From: an uncultured Gemmatimonadales bacterium | Lineage (GTDB): Bacteria > Gemmatimonadota > Gemmatimonadetes > Longimicrobiales > RSA9 | Length of the DNA stretch: 64,000 nt | Direction: 5' to 3' | Assembly: GCA_963741945.1 (NCBI GenBank) | Contig: CAVUKA010000006.1 | Location: 96,001 to 160,000, forward strand | Part shown: in pieces, positions 9,864-19,722 of the stretch | Numbering within the stretch: the first letter of the stretch is position 1 | How the letters are laid out: each line of letters opens with the position of its first letter | Translations under genes and position numbers: made by a program | Notes under the pieces: generated by a model | What the model saw: the letters and a program-made list of their open reading frames with translations, nothing else | Database searches by the model: none | What the model was told of the DNA's origin: nothing

Positions 9864-10313
9864 ATGCGTCGCTACGAGCTCGACATAGAGGGCAAGCACT
9901 TCTCGGTGGACGTCCTGTCCTTCTCCGCCACCACTGCGGAGCTGGAAGTTGACGGCACGCGCTACACGGTGCGCGTGGAAGACGTGGTCACGGAAGGCGG
10001 GAGCCCCTTCCCCTCGGCCACGGCCCGACCCTTCGCCCGGCCGGAGCCGGAGTCGGCGGCCAAGGCGCCGCCCGCCCGCCCCGTGGGCGTGGGCACGCAC
10101 CCGGGGAGCGTCACCGCCCCGATCCCGGGTCAGATCCTGGAGATCCTCGTGCGCGAGGGCGACGAGGTACGAAAGGGACAGCCGCTTCTGAAGATGGAAG
10201 CCATGAAGATGGAGAACGTGGTGAACGCCCCCGTGGCCGGCACCGTCGCTCAGATCCGGTGCAATCCCGGGGACGCGGTGACGCAGGGCCAGGAGCTGGT
10301 GGTCATCGGCTGA
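9864..10313 (+). CDS. mmdC: Biotin carboxyl carrier subunit (MmdC-like)
   Basis: EAMKM biotinylation motif, Ala/Pro-rich linker. Confidence 0.88.
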   Translation: MRRYELDIEGKHFSVDVLSFSATTAELEVDGTRYTVRVEDVVTEGGSPFPSATARPFARPEPESAAKAPPARPVGVGTHPGSVTAPIPGQILEILVREGDEVRKGQPLLKMEAMKMENVVNAPVAGTVAQIRCNPGDAVTQGQELVVIG

Positions 10314-10316
10314 GCC

Positions 10317-11444
10317 ATGGGAACGCTTCTACAGTTCATCGGCCAGAGCGGGTTCGCCAACATCACTGCCGGCAACCTCCTCATGATCGCCATCGGCGCC
10401 CTCTTCATCGGACTGGCCGTGGTCAAGCATTACGAGCCGCTCCTTCTCCTCCCCATCGGCTTCGGCATCATCGTCGGAAACCTCGCTGTCGCCCCAGGGA
10501 TGAACCTCGGCGTCTATGACCGCGGCAGCGTCCTCTACTACCTCTACTTCGGCGTCACCCAGGGGATCTACCCGCCCCTCATCTTCCTGGGGATCGGCGC
10601 CATGACCGACTTCTCCACCCTGCTCTCGAATCCCAAGCTCGTTCTCCTGGGAGCAGCGGCGCAGATCGGCATCTTCGGCACCCTCATCGGCGCCCTCTAT
10701 CTCGGCTTCACACCCGCCGAGGCCGGCGCCATCGGCATCATCGGCGGGGCGGACGGACCCACTGCCATCTTCCTCTCCGCCAAGCTCGCGCCGCACCTCC
10801 TGGGCGCCATCGCCATCGCCGCATACTCCTACATGGCGCTGGTCCCCGTCATCCAGCCGCCGATCATGAAGCTCCTCACCACGCGAGAGGAGCGCCTCAT
10901 CCGGATGCGTCCCCCGCGCCGCGTATCTCAGCGCGAGAAGATCCTCTTCCCCATCGGGACCCTGCTCATCTGCGCCCTCATCGCTCCGGGCTCCCTGATC
11001 CTGATCGGCATGCTCATGTTCGGGAACCTGCTCAAGGAGAGCGGCGTCACGGAACGGCTGGCCCAGACCGCACGCACCTCCATGATCGACATCGTCACCA
11101 TCCTGCTCGGCTTCTGTGTGGGCGCCAGCACGCAGGCACAGACGTTCCTGACCACGCAGTCCCTGGGGATCTTCGCTCTCGGCGCCGCTTCTTTCGCCAT
11201 CGCCACTGCCGGTGGCGTCCTCGGCGCCAAGACCATGAACCTGTTTCTGACCGAGAAGATCAACCCGCTCGTCGGCGCCGCCGGCGTTTCCGCCGTCCCC
11301 GATGCCGCTCGCGTCGTCCAGATCGTCGGTCAGAAGGAGGACCCGAACAACTTCCTCCTCATGCACGCCATGGCCCCGAACGTCGCCGGCGTCATCGGCA
11401 GCGCCATCGCCGCCGGCATCCTGTGGAGCGTCCTGGTCCCGTGA
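10317..11444 (+). CDS. mmdB: Sodium ion-translocating decarboxylase beta subunit (MmdB/OadB)
   Basis: YEPLLLLPIGFG, IGIIGGADGPT, AYSYMALVP, GAAGVSAVP, LMHAMAPNVAGVIGSA. Confidence 0.93.
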   Translation: MGTLLQFIGQSGFANITAGNLLMIAIGALFIGLAVVKHYEPLLLLPIGFGIIVGNLAVAPGMNLGVYDRGSVLYYLYFGVTQGIYPPLIFLGIGAMTDFSTLLSNPKLVLLGAAAQIGIFGTLIGALYLGFTPAEAGAIGIIGGADGPTAIFLSAKLAPHLLGAIAIAAYSYMALVPVIQPPIMKLLTTREERLIRMRPPRRVSQREKILFPIGTLLICALIAPGSLILIGMLMFGNLLKESGVTERLAQTARTSMIDIVTILLGFCVGASTQAQTFLTTQSLGIFALGAASFAIATAGGVLGAKTMNLFLTEKINPLVGAAGVSAVPDAARVVQIVGQKEDPNNFLLMHAMAPNVAGVIGSAIAAGILWSVLVP

Positions 11445-11486
11445 GGCCCCGGCCACCCGACGCACACGGCCGCCCGGCGATACCGC

Positions 11487-11939
11487 TCAGGCCGAGCCCC
11501 TGAAAAGCTCCGTCAGGTCCAGCGACTCCACCCGCGTACGCGACGCCAGCGACACGTACTCCACCGCCAGCGCCTCCTTCCCCGCGCCCAGCACCGTGCT
11601 CACCAGACCGAACGCCTCCGGGTAGTCCGAAGAGTCCAGCACCTCGACCACCCGCCGCCACACCACTTCCTCGAACGCGTTGTACGCCGCGTGCACCTCC
11701 TGCAGTCCGTACCCCGCCCCGTGACGCGCCCGCGCCACCGCCTGCGCGTGCGTGACCATCGGCACCAGCGTGCGCTCCCGGATGCACTCTGCCGTCAGCT
11801 CGTGCAGAGGACCGATCCGCTCCCGTTTCTCCCCGTCCGTGCTCGACGCATAATGTTTCAGCTCCGGACGCGACAGCGCCCGAACCGCTTCCTCCACCAA
11901 CGACTCCCGCTCCTTCGACAGCAGCTCCAGCACCGTCAT
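11487..11939 (-). CDS. Stand-alone RsbRD N-terminal (globin-like sensor) domain protein
   Basis: 150 aa helical protein with 'ARARHGAGYGLQEV..A...FEEVVW' pattern; AGGAGG SD before ATG 11939. Confidence 0.55.
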   Translation of the reverse strand: MTVLELLSKERESLVEEAVRALSRPELKHYASSTDGEKRERIGPLHELTAECIRERTLVPMVTHAQAVARARHGAGYGLQEVHAAYNAFEEVVWRRVVEVLDSSDYPEAFGLVSTVLGAGKEALAVEYVSLASRTRVESLDLTELFRGSA

Positions 11940-12174
11940 TCCCCACCTCCTGTCCCCGTCGATCTCCCCCTCCGCCGGCAAAGCTAGATCCCCGCCTGCC
12001 ACCCCGCGAGCCCTCTCCCGCCACCCCCGACCGCGGTCATACGCGCGCGTGCGCGGACGACCGCCACCCGGGACCAGAAACATGCGTTTGGCCGGCACGC
12101 TTCTTTCTACCACTCCCCCACCACCCCCTCGCGGGGATCGCAGCAACCGATGCAACCCACAACCGAGAAGAAGC

Positions 12175-13371
12175 ATGAAAAGAACCTATGCGACGGCAGC
12201 CCTGGCCGCTCTCACGGCCGTGAGCCTGGCTGCATGCGGAGACAACAGCAGCCCCTCCGGTCCAGAGACCACGCAGGCACCCTTCACTGTGGTCATGGAA
12301 CCGCAGAGCGCAGCGAGCGCGGCGAGCATCGCCGGCTCCACGCTGGCGGCGGCTCGGCTGCCGCTGTCGAACGTCACGTCGATCACGCTCCCGCTGGGGG
12401 TCGTGGAAGCGCACACGGTGGGCTCCACCGGGAGCGACGCCTGGGTGGCAGCCGGAGCCGTGGACGAAGACGTCGATCTCCTGGCCCTGCCGTCCGACGG
12501 GATCACGCTCGTGGACAGCTCACTGCCGGAGGGGTCGTATGACGCCCTGCGCTTCTACCTGACCGGCGACCCCACGATCACGTTGAACCAGTCCGTACAG
12601 GTGGGACGAACGACCTTCGAGGCCGGCTCCCATACGCTCGTGATCCCCAGCGCCGACCAGAACGGGATCCGGCTGGCTGCTGACTTCACGGTCGACGCGG
12701 CGGGGCAGGTGCTCACCGTCCTCGTGGACGATCAGGCGACGGTAAACCACGTGACCGCCACGGGCTCCGGCCGGCTCATGATCGCGCCCGTGCTCAACGT
12801 GCGGAATCAGGCGGGCGAGCACGTCGGCGGGCTCGATGACGGTGCAGGCGGGAGCGAGTCCGAGGCGGAGTTCCACGGCACGGTGGCAACGATCGTGGAC
12901 GGCACGGTGAGTCTCGGGGATGGAACGATGATCGAGATCACGGACAGCAGTGAAGTGGGAGGCGACCTCCTGAGCATCGCCGCGGTGCAGGATGCACTCG
13001 ATGCCGGGGAAGTGATCACGGCCGAGGGCGAGGGTTCCCTGGCCAGCGACGGCGAGACGATCGTGGCCGACAGGATCGAGTTCGAGGTGGAGTCCGAGGC
13101 CGGGAACGAGATCCGGGGGACCGTGTCCAATGTCGACGTTGCGGGTCGAAGCTTCAATGTCACGAACGGGAGCGGGACCACGACCGTAGTCCTGACCGAT
13201 ACCACGGAAGTGGACTTTGAGGACGGGCTCGTGGACCTCGCGAACGTCGGCTCACTCGTGACCGGCGGCACAACGGTATACGCCGAGGTCGAAGGGACCC
13301 TTGCCGGTGACACGCTCACTGCCACGGAAGTGGACTTCAAGCTGGACATGGGCATGGACGGCGGCGAGTAG
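12175..13371 (+). CDS. Lipoprotein with DUF4382-like and two DUF5666-like domains
   Basis: Lipobox LAAC; VDLLAL..LPEGSY..LRF; repeated 'E..GTV...T...D...V..EG.L..A..I/V.F' units. Confidence 0.65.
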   Translation: MKRTYATAALAALTAVSLAACGDNSSPSGPETTQAPFTVVMEPQSAASAASIAGSTLAAARLPLSNVTSITLPLGVVEAHTVGSTGSDAWVAAGAVDEDVDLLALPSDGITLVDSSLPEGSYDALRFYLTGDPTITLNQSVQVGRTTFEAGSHTLVIPSADQNGIRLAADFTVDAAGQVLTVLVDDQATVNHVTATGSGRLMIAPVLNVRNQAGEHVGGLDDGAGGSESEAEFHGTVATIVDGTVSLGDGTMIEITDSSEVGGDLLSIAAVQDALDAGEVITAEGEGSLASDGETIVADRIEFEVESEAGNEIRGTVSNVDVAGRSFNVTNGSGTTTVVLTDTTEVDFEDGLVDLANVGSLVTGGTTVYAEVEGTLAGDTLTATEVDFKLDMGMDGGE

Positions 13372-13400
13372 CGCACCGCGCGCCCCCGGCCAGCAGAGAG

Positions 13401-13436
13401 AACCCCCGGCAGCGGAGAGATCCGGTGCCGGGGGTT
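13401..13436. terminator. Stem-loop between convergent genes, probable terminator
   Basis: AACCCCCGGCA...TGCCGGGGGTT followed by TCCCGTGTTCT. Confidence 0.55.
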
Positions 13437-13446
13437 TCCCGTGTTC

Positions 13447-15063
13447 TCAGCTGGCCAGCCCTTCCTCCACGAGCGCCTCGCGCGCGACCTGCTCTTCGAG
13501 GCGCTGATCGTTCGACAGCTCGGGGACGCGCCACTGCTCCCGCAGGAACCAGCCCAGGGCCAGGAATGCGCCCAGGATGTTGGAGATCGGGTAGGCCCAC
13601 CAGATCCCCTGCTCACCGAGGCCGGCCCGCGCGGAGAGGATCCAGGCGAGCGGGAAGAGGAAGACCCAGAGGGAGATGACGGTAATGAGGAGCGCGCTCC
13701 CCGTTCGGCCCGCGCCACGGAGCGAGCCCGTGATCACCTGCTGGATGCCGAGGAACCCGAAGGAGAGGGCCATGATGTGGATGAAGCGCGTGCCGACGCT
13801 CACCACGTCCGGCTCGTCGGGTACGAACGCGCGGATGATGGCGGAAGCGAAGAAGAAGAGGAGGAGCCCGGCCGCGGTCATGCCGGTGAACGCCACGACC
13901 ATGGCGGTCCGGGCGGTGTCGCGCGCGCGCTCGGGCCTGCGCGCGCCGAGGTTCTGGCCGACGAGCGTGGTGGCGGCCATGGAGAGCCCGAGGGCGGGGA
14001 TGATGATGAAGCTCAGGATGCGGGTTCCGATCCCGTATGCGGCGACGATGGTCGTGCCGAAGCCGGTGACCAGCAGCATCATGACCGAGAAGCCGAGCCC
14101 GCGGGCCGATTGCTCGAGAGAGGACGGCAGGCCGAGCTTGAAGATGCGCATCACGAGGGGGAAGTCCGGGGAAAGGTCCCGCCGGCGGAGGTGGATGCCG
14201 AAGCGGCCTATGGTGAGCACGCGGAGCCCGATCACGGCGGCCAGGCTCTGCGTGGCCACCGTCGCCACCGCGGCCCCACCCACGCCCATCTCGGGAAACG
14301 GTCCGAGCCCGAGGATGAGCAGCGGATCGAGGAAGAAGTTCAGCACCACGGTCCCGGCCACGATGAAGAGCGGCGTCCGGACGTCGCCCACGCCCCGCAT
14401 CAGTGACTGCACCACGAAGTAGAGGAAGACCGCCACCAGTCCGAGGAAGGAGATGCTGAGGTAGCTGGTGGCGAGTCGCTCCACCTGCGCGTCGGGCGCA
14501 AAGGCGTGCATGATCGGACCGGCAATGAAGTAGCCGAAGACGGAGAGGCCGATCGACACGGTGCCCACGGCCACGAGGGTCTGCGCCGCCACGTGGTCCA
14601 CCATCCGGGCGTCGCCCGCGCCGTAGTACTGCGCCACGAGGATCGCCCCCGCGATCGACAGCCCGCCGCCCAGGGATATGATCACGAAGAGGACGGGGAA
14701 GCTGACGGACACGGCGGCCACGGCGGCGGCGCCCAGGCGCCCGACCCAGAACGTGTCGATGAGCTGATAGACGGTCTGGAGCACGTTGGCGGCGACGATC
14801 GGACCGGCCAGCGCCAGCAGCGCCCTCCAGATCGACCCGCTCGTCAGACTGCTCCGGCCTTGGCCTTTCCCGTTCCCGCCCGCGGGCCGATCGGACTCGG
14901 GCGGCTCCGAACGCGCGCTCCGCCTGCTCGCCAGGCTACGCGAGCGGCCGGGCCGCGCACCCTCGTTCAGCGTGCCTGGACGGGCCAGACCCCATGGCTT
15001 CCGGACCCGCCTGCCCGCCGTTCGCCGCTCTTCTTCTCCGTGGTTGCGGTCTCCACGCGCCAT
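13447..15063 (-). CDS. MATE family efflux transporter (start uncertain)
   Basis: LTSGSIWRALLALAGP, DTFWVGRLG, LMRGVGDVRTP, NFFLDPLLI, GQNLGA motifs; ~12 TM segments. Confidence 0.9.
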   Translation of the reverse strand: MARGDRNHGEEERRTAGRRVRKPWGLARPGTLNEGARPGRSRSLASRRSARSEPPESDRPAGGNGKGQGRSSLTSGSIWRALLALAGPIVAANVLQTVYQLIDTFWVGRLGAAAVAAVSVSFPVLFVIISLGGGLSIAGAILVAQYYGAGDARMVDHVAAQTLVAVGTVSIGLSVFGYFIAGPIMHAFAPDAQVERLATSYLSISFLGLVAVFLYFVVQSLMRGVGDVRTPLFIVAGTVVLNFFLDPLLILGLGPFPEMGVGGAAVATVATQSLAAVIGLRVLTIGRFGIHLRRRDLSPDFPLVMRIFKLGLPSSLEQSARGLGFSVMMLLVTGFGTTIVAAYGIGTRILSFIIIPALGLSMAATTLVGQNLGARRPERARDTARTAMVVAFTGMTAAGLLLFFFASAIIRAFVPDEPDVVSVGTRFIHIMALSFGFLGIQQVITGSLRGAGRTGSALLITVISLWVFLFPLAWILSARAGLGEQGIWWAYPISNILGAFLALGWFLREQWRVPELSNDQRLEEQVAREALVEEGLAS

Positions 15064-15207
15064 CCCACTCGACCCCCGTTGGATCCGCCGCGCCTGAAGT
15101 GATCTCCGCCGCTCCTGCGCACGTATCGGGCCGTTGCGACGGCCGCGCGCGTCATGGGACCGGGTCTGGCTGGTGGAGACCGTTGGCCGCGCCGTTAGCT
15201 TTCGTCC

Positions 15208-16431
15208 ATGAAGGACGGCAGGAGCGGATCGGGAGCGGAAAGTCGAACGGGCCACGCGGCCCACCGGGCCGACGACCCCGCGGAGCACGGGGGCGTTCCG
15301 GTGGCGCGCGTGCTGGTCGTGATGTCGACGTGGATCGTCGCGTGTTGGGCGGCGCTCGGGCTCCTGTTCGCGCCAGTGGTCCCGGGCGGCTGGGGCCTGG
15401 TGGCCGTGCTCGGCGTGTTCTCGGCGCTTCCGCTGGTGGTGCTGGTCCGCGGCTTCGCGACGCGCGCGTATCCCGGGGCCGCCGTGCGGCTATGGGTGCT
15501 GCGACCCTTCTGGTATGTCCAGCTGGGCCTTCCACTGCTCGTGGCCGGTGCGGTGGTCGGAACGGGGGTGGGGCTGCTGGTCGGGCATCCCGGGGTGGGC
15601 GGGCGTGTGGCGGTGGCCGCCATGTTCGCGCTCCTGGTGCTCGCGGGCGTCTGGGGCTACGTCGGCTCGAGGCGCCTGCGCGTCGAGCATCTCTCCCTCC
15701 GCTTCGCGGCTCTGCCGGTTGGACTGGAAGGGCTCCGGATCGTGCAGCTGTCCGATCTGCACGTGGGGCCGCACACGCCCCGGCGGTACCTGCGCCGGAT
15801 CGTGAGCGCCGCCAGGGCGGCGAGGCCCGACCTGGTGGCGATCACGGGCGACCAGGTGGACGACTACGCCGAAGACGTCACCCACTTCGTCCGCGCCTTC
15901 CGCGAGCTCAGCGCCCCGCTGGGCGTGTTCGCGGTGGCGGGAAACCACGACGTCTACGCGGGGTGGTCGGCGGTGCGGGATGGGATGGAAGCCGCGGGAA
16001 TCCGGGTCCTGGTGAACGAGGCGGTCCCGCTGGACCGCGCCGGCGCGCGCCTCTGGCTGGCGGGGACGGGGGATCCGGCCGGGTCGGCGTGGTCCCGCGA
16101 CGGCGGCGCCGATGCCGCTCCGGACGTGGAGCGCACGCTGGCGGACGTTCCGCCGGGGGCGTTCACCGTGGTGCTGGCGCACAATCCGGCGCTCTGGCCG
16201 TCCCTGGCCGGGCGAGGTGTCCATCTGACGCTGAGCGGGCACACGCACCATGGCCAGCTGTCCATTCCGCGCTGGCGCTGGAGCCTCGCCTCGCCGTTCC
16301 TGGACCTTGCCATGGGGCTGCACCGCCGCGGAGACTCGGTGCTCTACATCTCCCCTGGCACCAACTACTGGGGGCTGCCCCTGCGAATCGGCGCGCTGCC
16401 GGAAGTGACCGTGGTCGTGCTGACCCGCTGA
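15208..16431 (+). CDS. Membrane-anchored metallophosphoesterase (YkuE/YaeI-like)
   Basis: SDLH, TGD.VD, GNHD, LAHNP, SGHTH motifs plus N-terminal TM helices. Confidence 0.88.
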   Translation: MKDGRSGSGAESRTGHAAHRADDPAEHGGVPVARVLVVMSTWIVACWAALGLLFAPVVPGGWGLVAVLGVFSALPLVVLVRGFATRAYPGAAVRLWVLRPFWYVQLGLPLLVAGAVVGTGVGLLVGHPGVGGRVAVAAMFALLVLAGVWGYVGSRRLRVEHLSLRFAALPVGLEGLRIVQLSDLHVGPHTPRRYLRRIVSAARAARPDLVAITGDQVDDYAEDVTHFVRAFRELSAPLGVFAVAGNHDVYAGWSAVRDGMEAAGIRVLVNEAVPLDRAGARLWLAGTGDPAGSAWSRDGGADAAPDVERTLADVPPGAFTVVLAHNPALWPSLAGRGVHLTLSGHTHHGQLSIPRWRWSLASPFLDLAMGLHRRGDSVLYISPGTNYWGLPLRIGALPEVTVVVLTR

Positions 16432-16619
16432 GCCCGCGACCGACGGGACGAGCACACCCCGCGTGACCCGGGGCTCCCGTGCGGTGCTCGCTTCGCCCCG
16501 ACGGTGCGCCTCCCGGAAGCGCGAACATCGGGCTACATTTCGGCATCCTGCCGGCGCCGGGGAGGATCCGGGCGCCGGACGCTCCCGTGCGGAGCCCAGT
16601 TCCCCGAGCCACCGGAGCC

Positions 16620-18053
16620 ATGCGCCCGTTCCGCAGAATCCCGATCGCGGCCGTCGCGGTGCTGGCCGCGGCGCCCCTCACAGCGCAGCAGCCAGCCGGC
16701 GCCGAAGCCGGCGCCCTGACCATTCCGTTCGAGCGGGTGACGCTCGACAACGGGCTGAACGTGATCCTTTCCCCCGACCATACCACGCCGCAGGTGGTGG
16801 TGGACGTCTGGTACCACGTGGGCTCGAAGAACGAAGAGCCCGGGCGGACCGGGTTCGCCCACATGTTCGAGCACGTCATGTTCACGGGCTCGGCGCACGT
16901 CCCCTACGGACTCCACGACCGGCTGACGGAGGGCGTGGGCGGTTACAACAACGGGTCCACGAACAACGACCGGACGAACTATTTCGAGAGCGTGCCGTCG
17001 AACTACCTCGAGTCGGCGCTCTGGCTGGAGTCGGACCGGATGGGGTTCCTGCTGGACAAGCTGGACGAGGCGAAGTTCACGGCGCAGCGCGACATCGTGC
17101 AGAACGAGCGTCGCCAGGGGGTGGACAACCAGCCGTACGGCCGCGCGTCGGAGATCCTGACGGCCGCGGCGTACCCGCCGTCCAACCCGTACTCGTGGTC
17201 CGTGATCGGGTACATGACGGACCTGCAGGCGGCCACGGTGGACGACGTGAAGAAGTTCTTCCGCCTCTACTACGCGCCGTCCAACGCCACCATCGCCATC
17301 GTGGGCGACTTCGATCCGGCGCAGGCGAAAGCGTGGGTGCAGCGCTACTTCCGCGATCTGCCCGCGGGGGCGGCCATCACGCGGCCGACGGTGACACGAC
17401 CCGTGCTGGAAGCGGAGAAGTCGCTCGTCTACGAGGACCGGGTGCAGGTCCCGCGCCTCTACATCCGCTGGCCCACGGTGGGCGTGGACAACGCGCAGAG
17501 CCGGGCGCTCGAATACCTCGGTGAGATCCTCACCGGCTCCCGCACCGCGCGGCTGACGAAAGCGCTCGTGTACGACCTGCAGTCGGCGGCGAGCGTCATG
17601 GCCTACAACGGCGCGCGCGAGAACGCCGGTGACTTCAACATCATCATCACTCCGCGCCCCGGGCACACCCTCTCGGAGCTGAAGGCGGCCACGGACTCGG
17701 TGCTCGCGGGGATCCTGGCGGACGGCCCCACGGAAGAGGAGATGGCCCGTACGGCCGCCGGGCTCCAGTACCAGTTCGTTTCGTCGCTCCAGTCCAATCT
17801 CGGCAAGGCGGAAATGCTGAACACCGGGCTCGTCTTCCACGGCGACCCGGCGTTCTACCGGGCAGAGTTCGAGGCCATGAAGGCGGTGACCGCGGCCCAG
17901 GTCCGTGCCGCCGCCCGGGAGTACCTGACGCCCGGACGCGTGGTGCTCAGCGTCGTCCCGCTGGGGGAGACGCAGCTCGCCGCCGACGCCGACCAGAGCA
18001 TTCCCGTGACCGTCGCCGAGGATGGCGGCCATTACATCATGGAGCCCCGCTGA
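16620..18053 (+). CDS. M16 family zinc peptidase, catalytic subunit
   Basis: HMFEH inverted zinc motif, TLDNGL, LWLESDRM; signal peptide. Confidence 0.92.
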   Translation: MRPFRRIPIAAVAVLAAAPLTAQQPAGAEAGALTIPFERVTLDNGLNVILSPDHTTPQVVVDVWYHVGSKNEEPGRTGFAHMFEHVMFTGSAHVPYGLHDRLTEGVGGYNNGSTNNDRTNYFESVPSNYLESALWLESDRMGFLLDKLDEAKFTAQRDIVQNERRQGVDNQPYGRASEILTAAAYPPSNPYSWSVIGYMTDLQAATVDDVKKFFRLYYAPSNATIAIVGDFDPAQAKAWVQRYFRDLPAGAAITRPTVTRPVLEAEKSLVYEDRVQVPRLYIRWPTVGVDNAQSRALEYLGEILTGSRTARLTKALVYDLQSAASVMAYNGARENAGDFNIIITPRPGHTLSELKAATDSVLAGILADGPTEEEMARTAAGLQYQFVSSLQSNLGKAEMLNTGLVFHGDPAFYRAEFEAMKAVTAAQVRAAAREYLTPGRVVLSVVPLGETQLAADADQSIPVTVAEDGGHYIMEPR

Positions 18054-19531
18054 TGCGCACCCAGGCACGTACCACCCCACGCGGCGCCCGCGCGGCCGCC
18101 GCGCTCCTGGCCGGCCTGGCGCTGGCCACGTCTTCCGCGGCGGCACAGTCGCCCCTGGACCGCGGTGTGGTCCCGCCCCCTGGCCCCGCGCCCGAGCTGC
18201 GCGTGCCGGAGTGGACCCACACCACGCTGGCCAGCGGCGCCCAGCTGGTGGTGGTGCCCAAGCACGACCTCCCGCTCGTCTCCTTCAGCATCGACTTCAT
18301 TGGCGGCGCGGCGAATTACGAGCCCGCGGGGAAGACGGGGCTGGCGGAGCTCACGGCCGACATGCTGAGCGAGGGTACGAAGACGCGCACGGCGGACGAG
18401 CTGAGCGAAGCGGAGCAGATGCTCGGCACCACGATCCGCACCGGCGTGCGGCAGGAGAGCGGCTACCTCTCGTTCACCGCCCTCGGCGACCGCTTCGAGC
18501 CGGCGCTGGCGCTCCTCGCCGACATGCTGGAGAACCCCACGTTCCCCGCGGACGCGCTGGAGCGGCTGCGCGGGCGCACACTGGTGTCGCTGCGGCAGGC
18601 CGGGGATCAGCCGAACGTCATCGCCTTCAACGTGTTCGCCCGTGTGGTCTACGGCGACGCGCACCCGTACGGTCGCGTCATGACGGAGGCGACTGTGGGC
18701 GCCATTACGCGCGAGGACATCGCCGCCTTCCACCAGGCGTACTTCCGTCCGTCCCACGCCGTCATCACCGTGGCCGGCAATGTGGACCCGGCCACCGTGC
18801 GCACGCAGGTGGAGCGGGCGCTGGCCGGGTGGACGACGGGCGGCGCCGTGCCGTCGTTCGATTACCCGGCCGTGCCGACGCCGAAGCCCACCACCATCTA
18901 CCTCGTGGACAAGCCGAACGCGGCGCAGTCGGTGTTCGCCATCGGCCTCGCGGGACCGCCGCGGAACACGGCCGACTACTACGCGCTGGAAGTGATGAAC
19001 ACGCTCCTCGGCGGCCTCTTCCAGTCGCGGCTCAACCATGAGATCCGTGAAGTGCGGGGCTGGAGCTACGGCGTGGGATCCGATTTCGCCTACGGCCGCG
19101 GCCCCGGCGCGTTCCGGGCGGGCGGCGGCGTGATCACCGCCAAGACGGACAGCGCGCTCATGGCATTCATGCGCCACCTCGAGGGGGTGCAGGGCGAGAT
19201 CCCGTTCACGGAAGACGAGATGGCCCAGGGCAAAGGCTCGCTGGTGCAGTCGCTCCCCGGGCGCTTCGCCTCGGTGCAGGCCACGGCGGACGCCATCGGC
19301 ACGCTGTACACCGACGCCCTACCGGCAACCTATTACCAGGACTATGCGGCGAAGATCGACGCCGTGACCCGGGATGACCTGGTGCGGGTGGCCCGGAAGT
19401 ACCTGGACCTCGGGCACCTCGACATCGTCATCGTCGGCGACCGGTCGGTGATCGAGGGGCCGCTCCGGGACACCGGGATCGCGCCGATCACCGTGCTGGA
19501 CGCGGATGGCAACCCGGTGACCGGCGAGTAG
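18053..19531 (+). CDS. M16 family peptidase, non-catalytic partner subunit
   Basis: Lacks HxxEH; has FQSRLNHEIREVRGWSYG; start overlaps upstream stop (TGATG). Confidence 0.88.
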   Translation: MRTQARTTPRGARAAAALLAGLALATSSAAAQSPLDRGVVPPPGPAPELRVPEWTHTTLASGAQLVVVPKHDLPLVSFSIDFIGGAANYEPAGKTGLAELTADMLSEGTKTRTADELSEAEQMLGTTIRTGVRQESGYLSFTALGDRFEPALALLADMLENPTFPADALERLRGRTLVSLRQAGDQPNVIAFNVFARVVYGDAHPYGRVMTEATVGAITREDIAAFHQAYFRPSHAVITVAGNVDPATVRTQVERALAGWTTGGAVPSFDYPAVPTPKPTTIYLVDKPNAAQSVFAIGLAGPPRNTADYYALEVMNTLLGGLFQSRLNHEIREVRGWSYGVGSDFAYGRGPGAFRAGGGVITAKTDSALMAFMRHLEGVQGEIPFTEDEMAQGKGSLVQSLPGRFASVQATADAIGTLYTDALPATYYQDYAAKIDAVTRDDLVRVARKYLDLGHLDIVIVGDRSVIEGPLRDTGIAPITVLDADGNPVTGE

Positions 19532-19533
19532 GA

Positions 19534-19582
19534 CTCACGCGGAGACGCGGAGGACGGCGGCTCACGCGGAGAACGCGGAGGG
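19534..19582 (+). repeat. Short tandem direct repeat CTCACGCGGAG(A)ACGCGGAGG x2 (REP-like)
   Basis: Copies at 19534-19553 and 19561-19582. Confidence 0.6.
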
Positions 19583-19583
19583 G

Positions 19584-19636
19584 ATGGTCCGGGTGGCTGG
19601 GTTCGTCGAGGAGTCATGCCGTCCGGGCCATTTTTT
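19584..19636 (+). terminator. Probable intrinsic terminator after the peptidase operon
   Basis: ATGGTCCGG...CCGGGCCAT stem followed by a T-run. Confidence 0.5.
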
Positions 19637-19722
19637 GTTTCGGGTTGCGGCGCGCGTGAAACCCGGGGGCCACCGGTGCCGTAGAGCGGGCACGACAACC
19701 ACCTCGTCCCGGGCTCACCCCA

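Noticed and set aside
12093-12107. CGGCACGCTTCTTTC possible sigma-54 promoter before the DUF4382 lipoprotein
   Set aside because: Good -24 element, but the -12 reads TTTC rather than TTGC; not enough support
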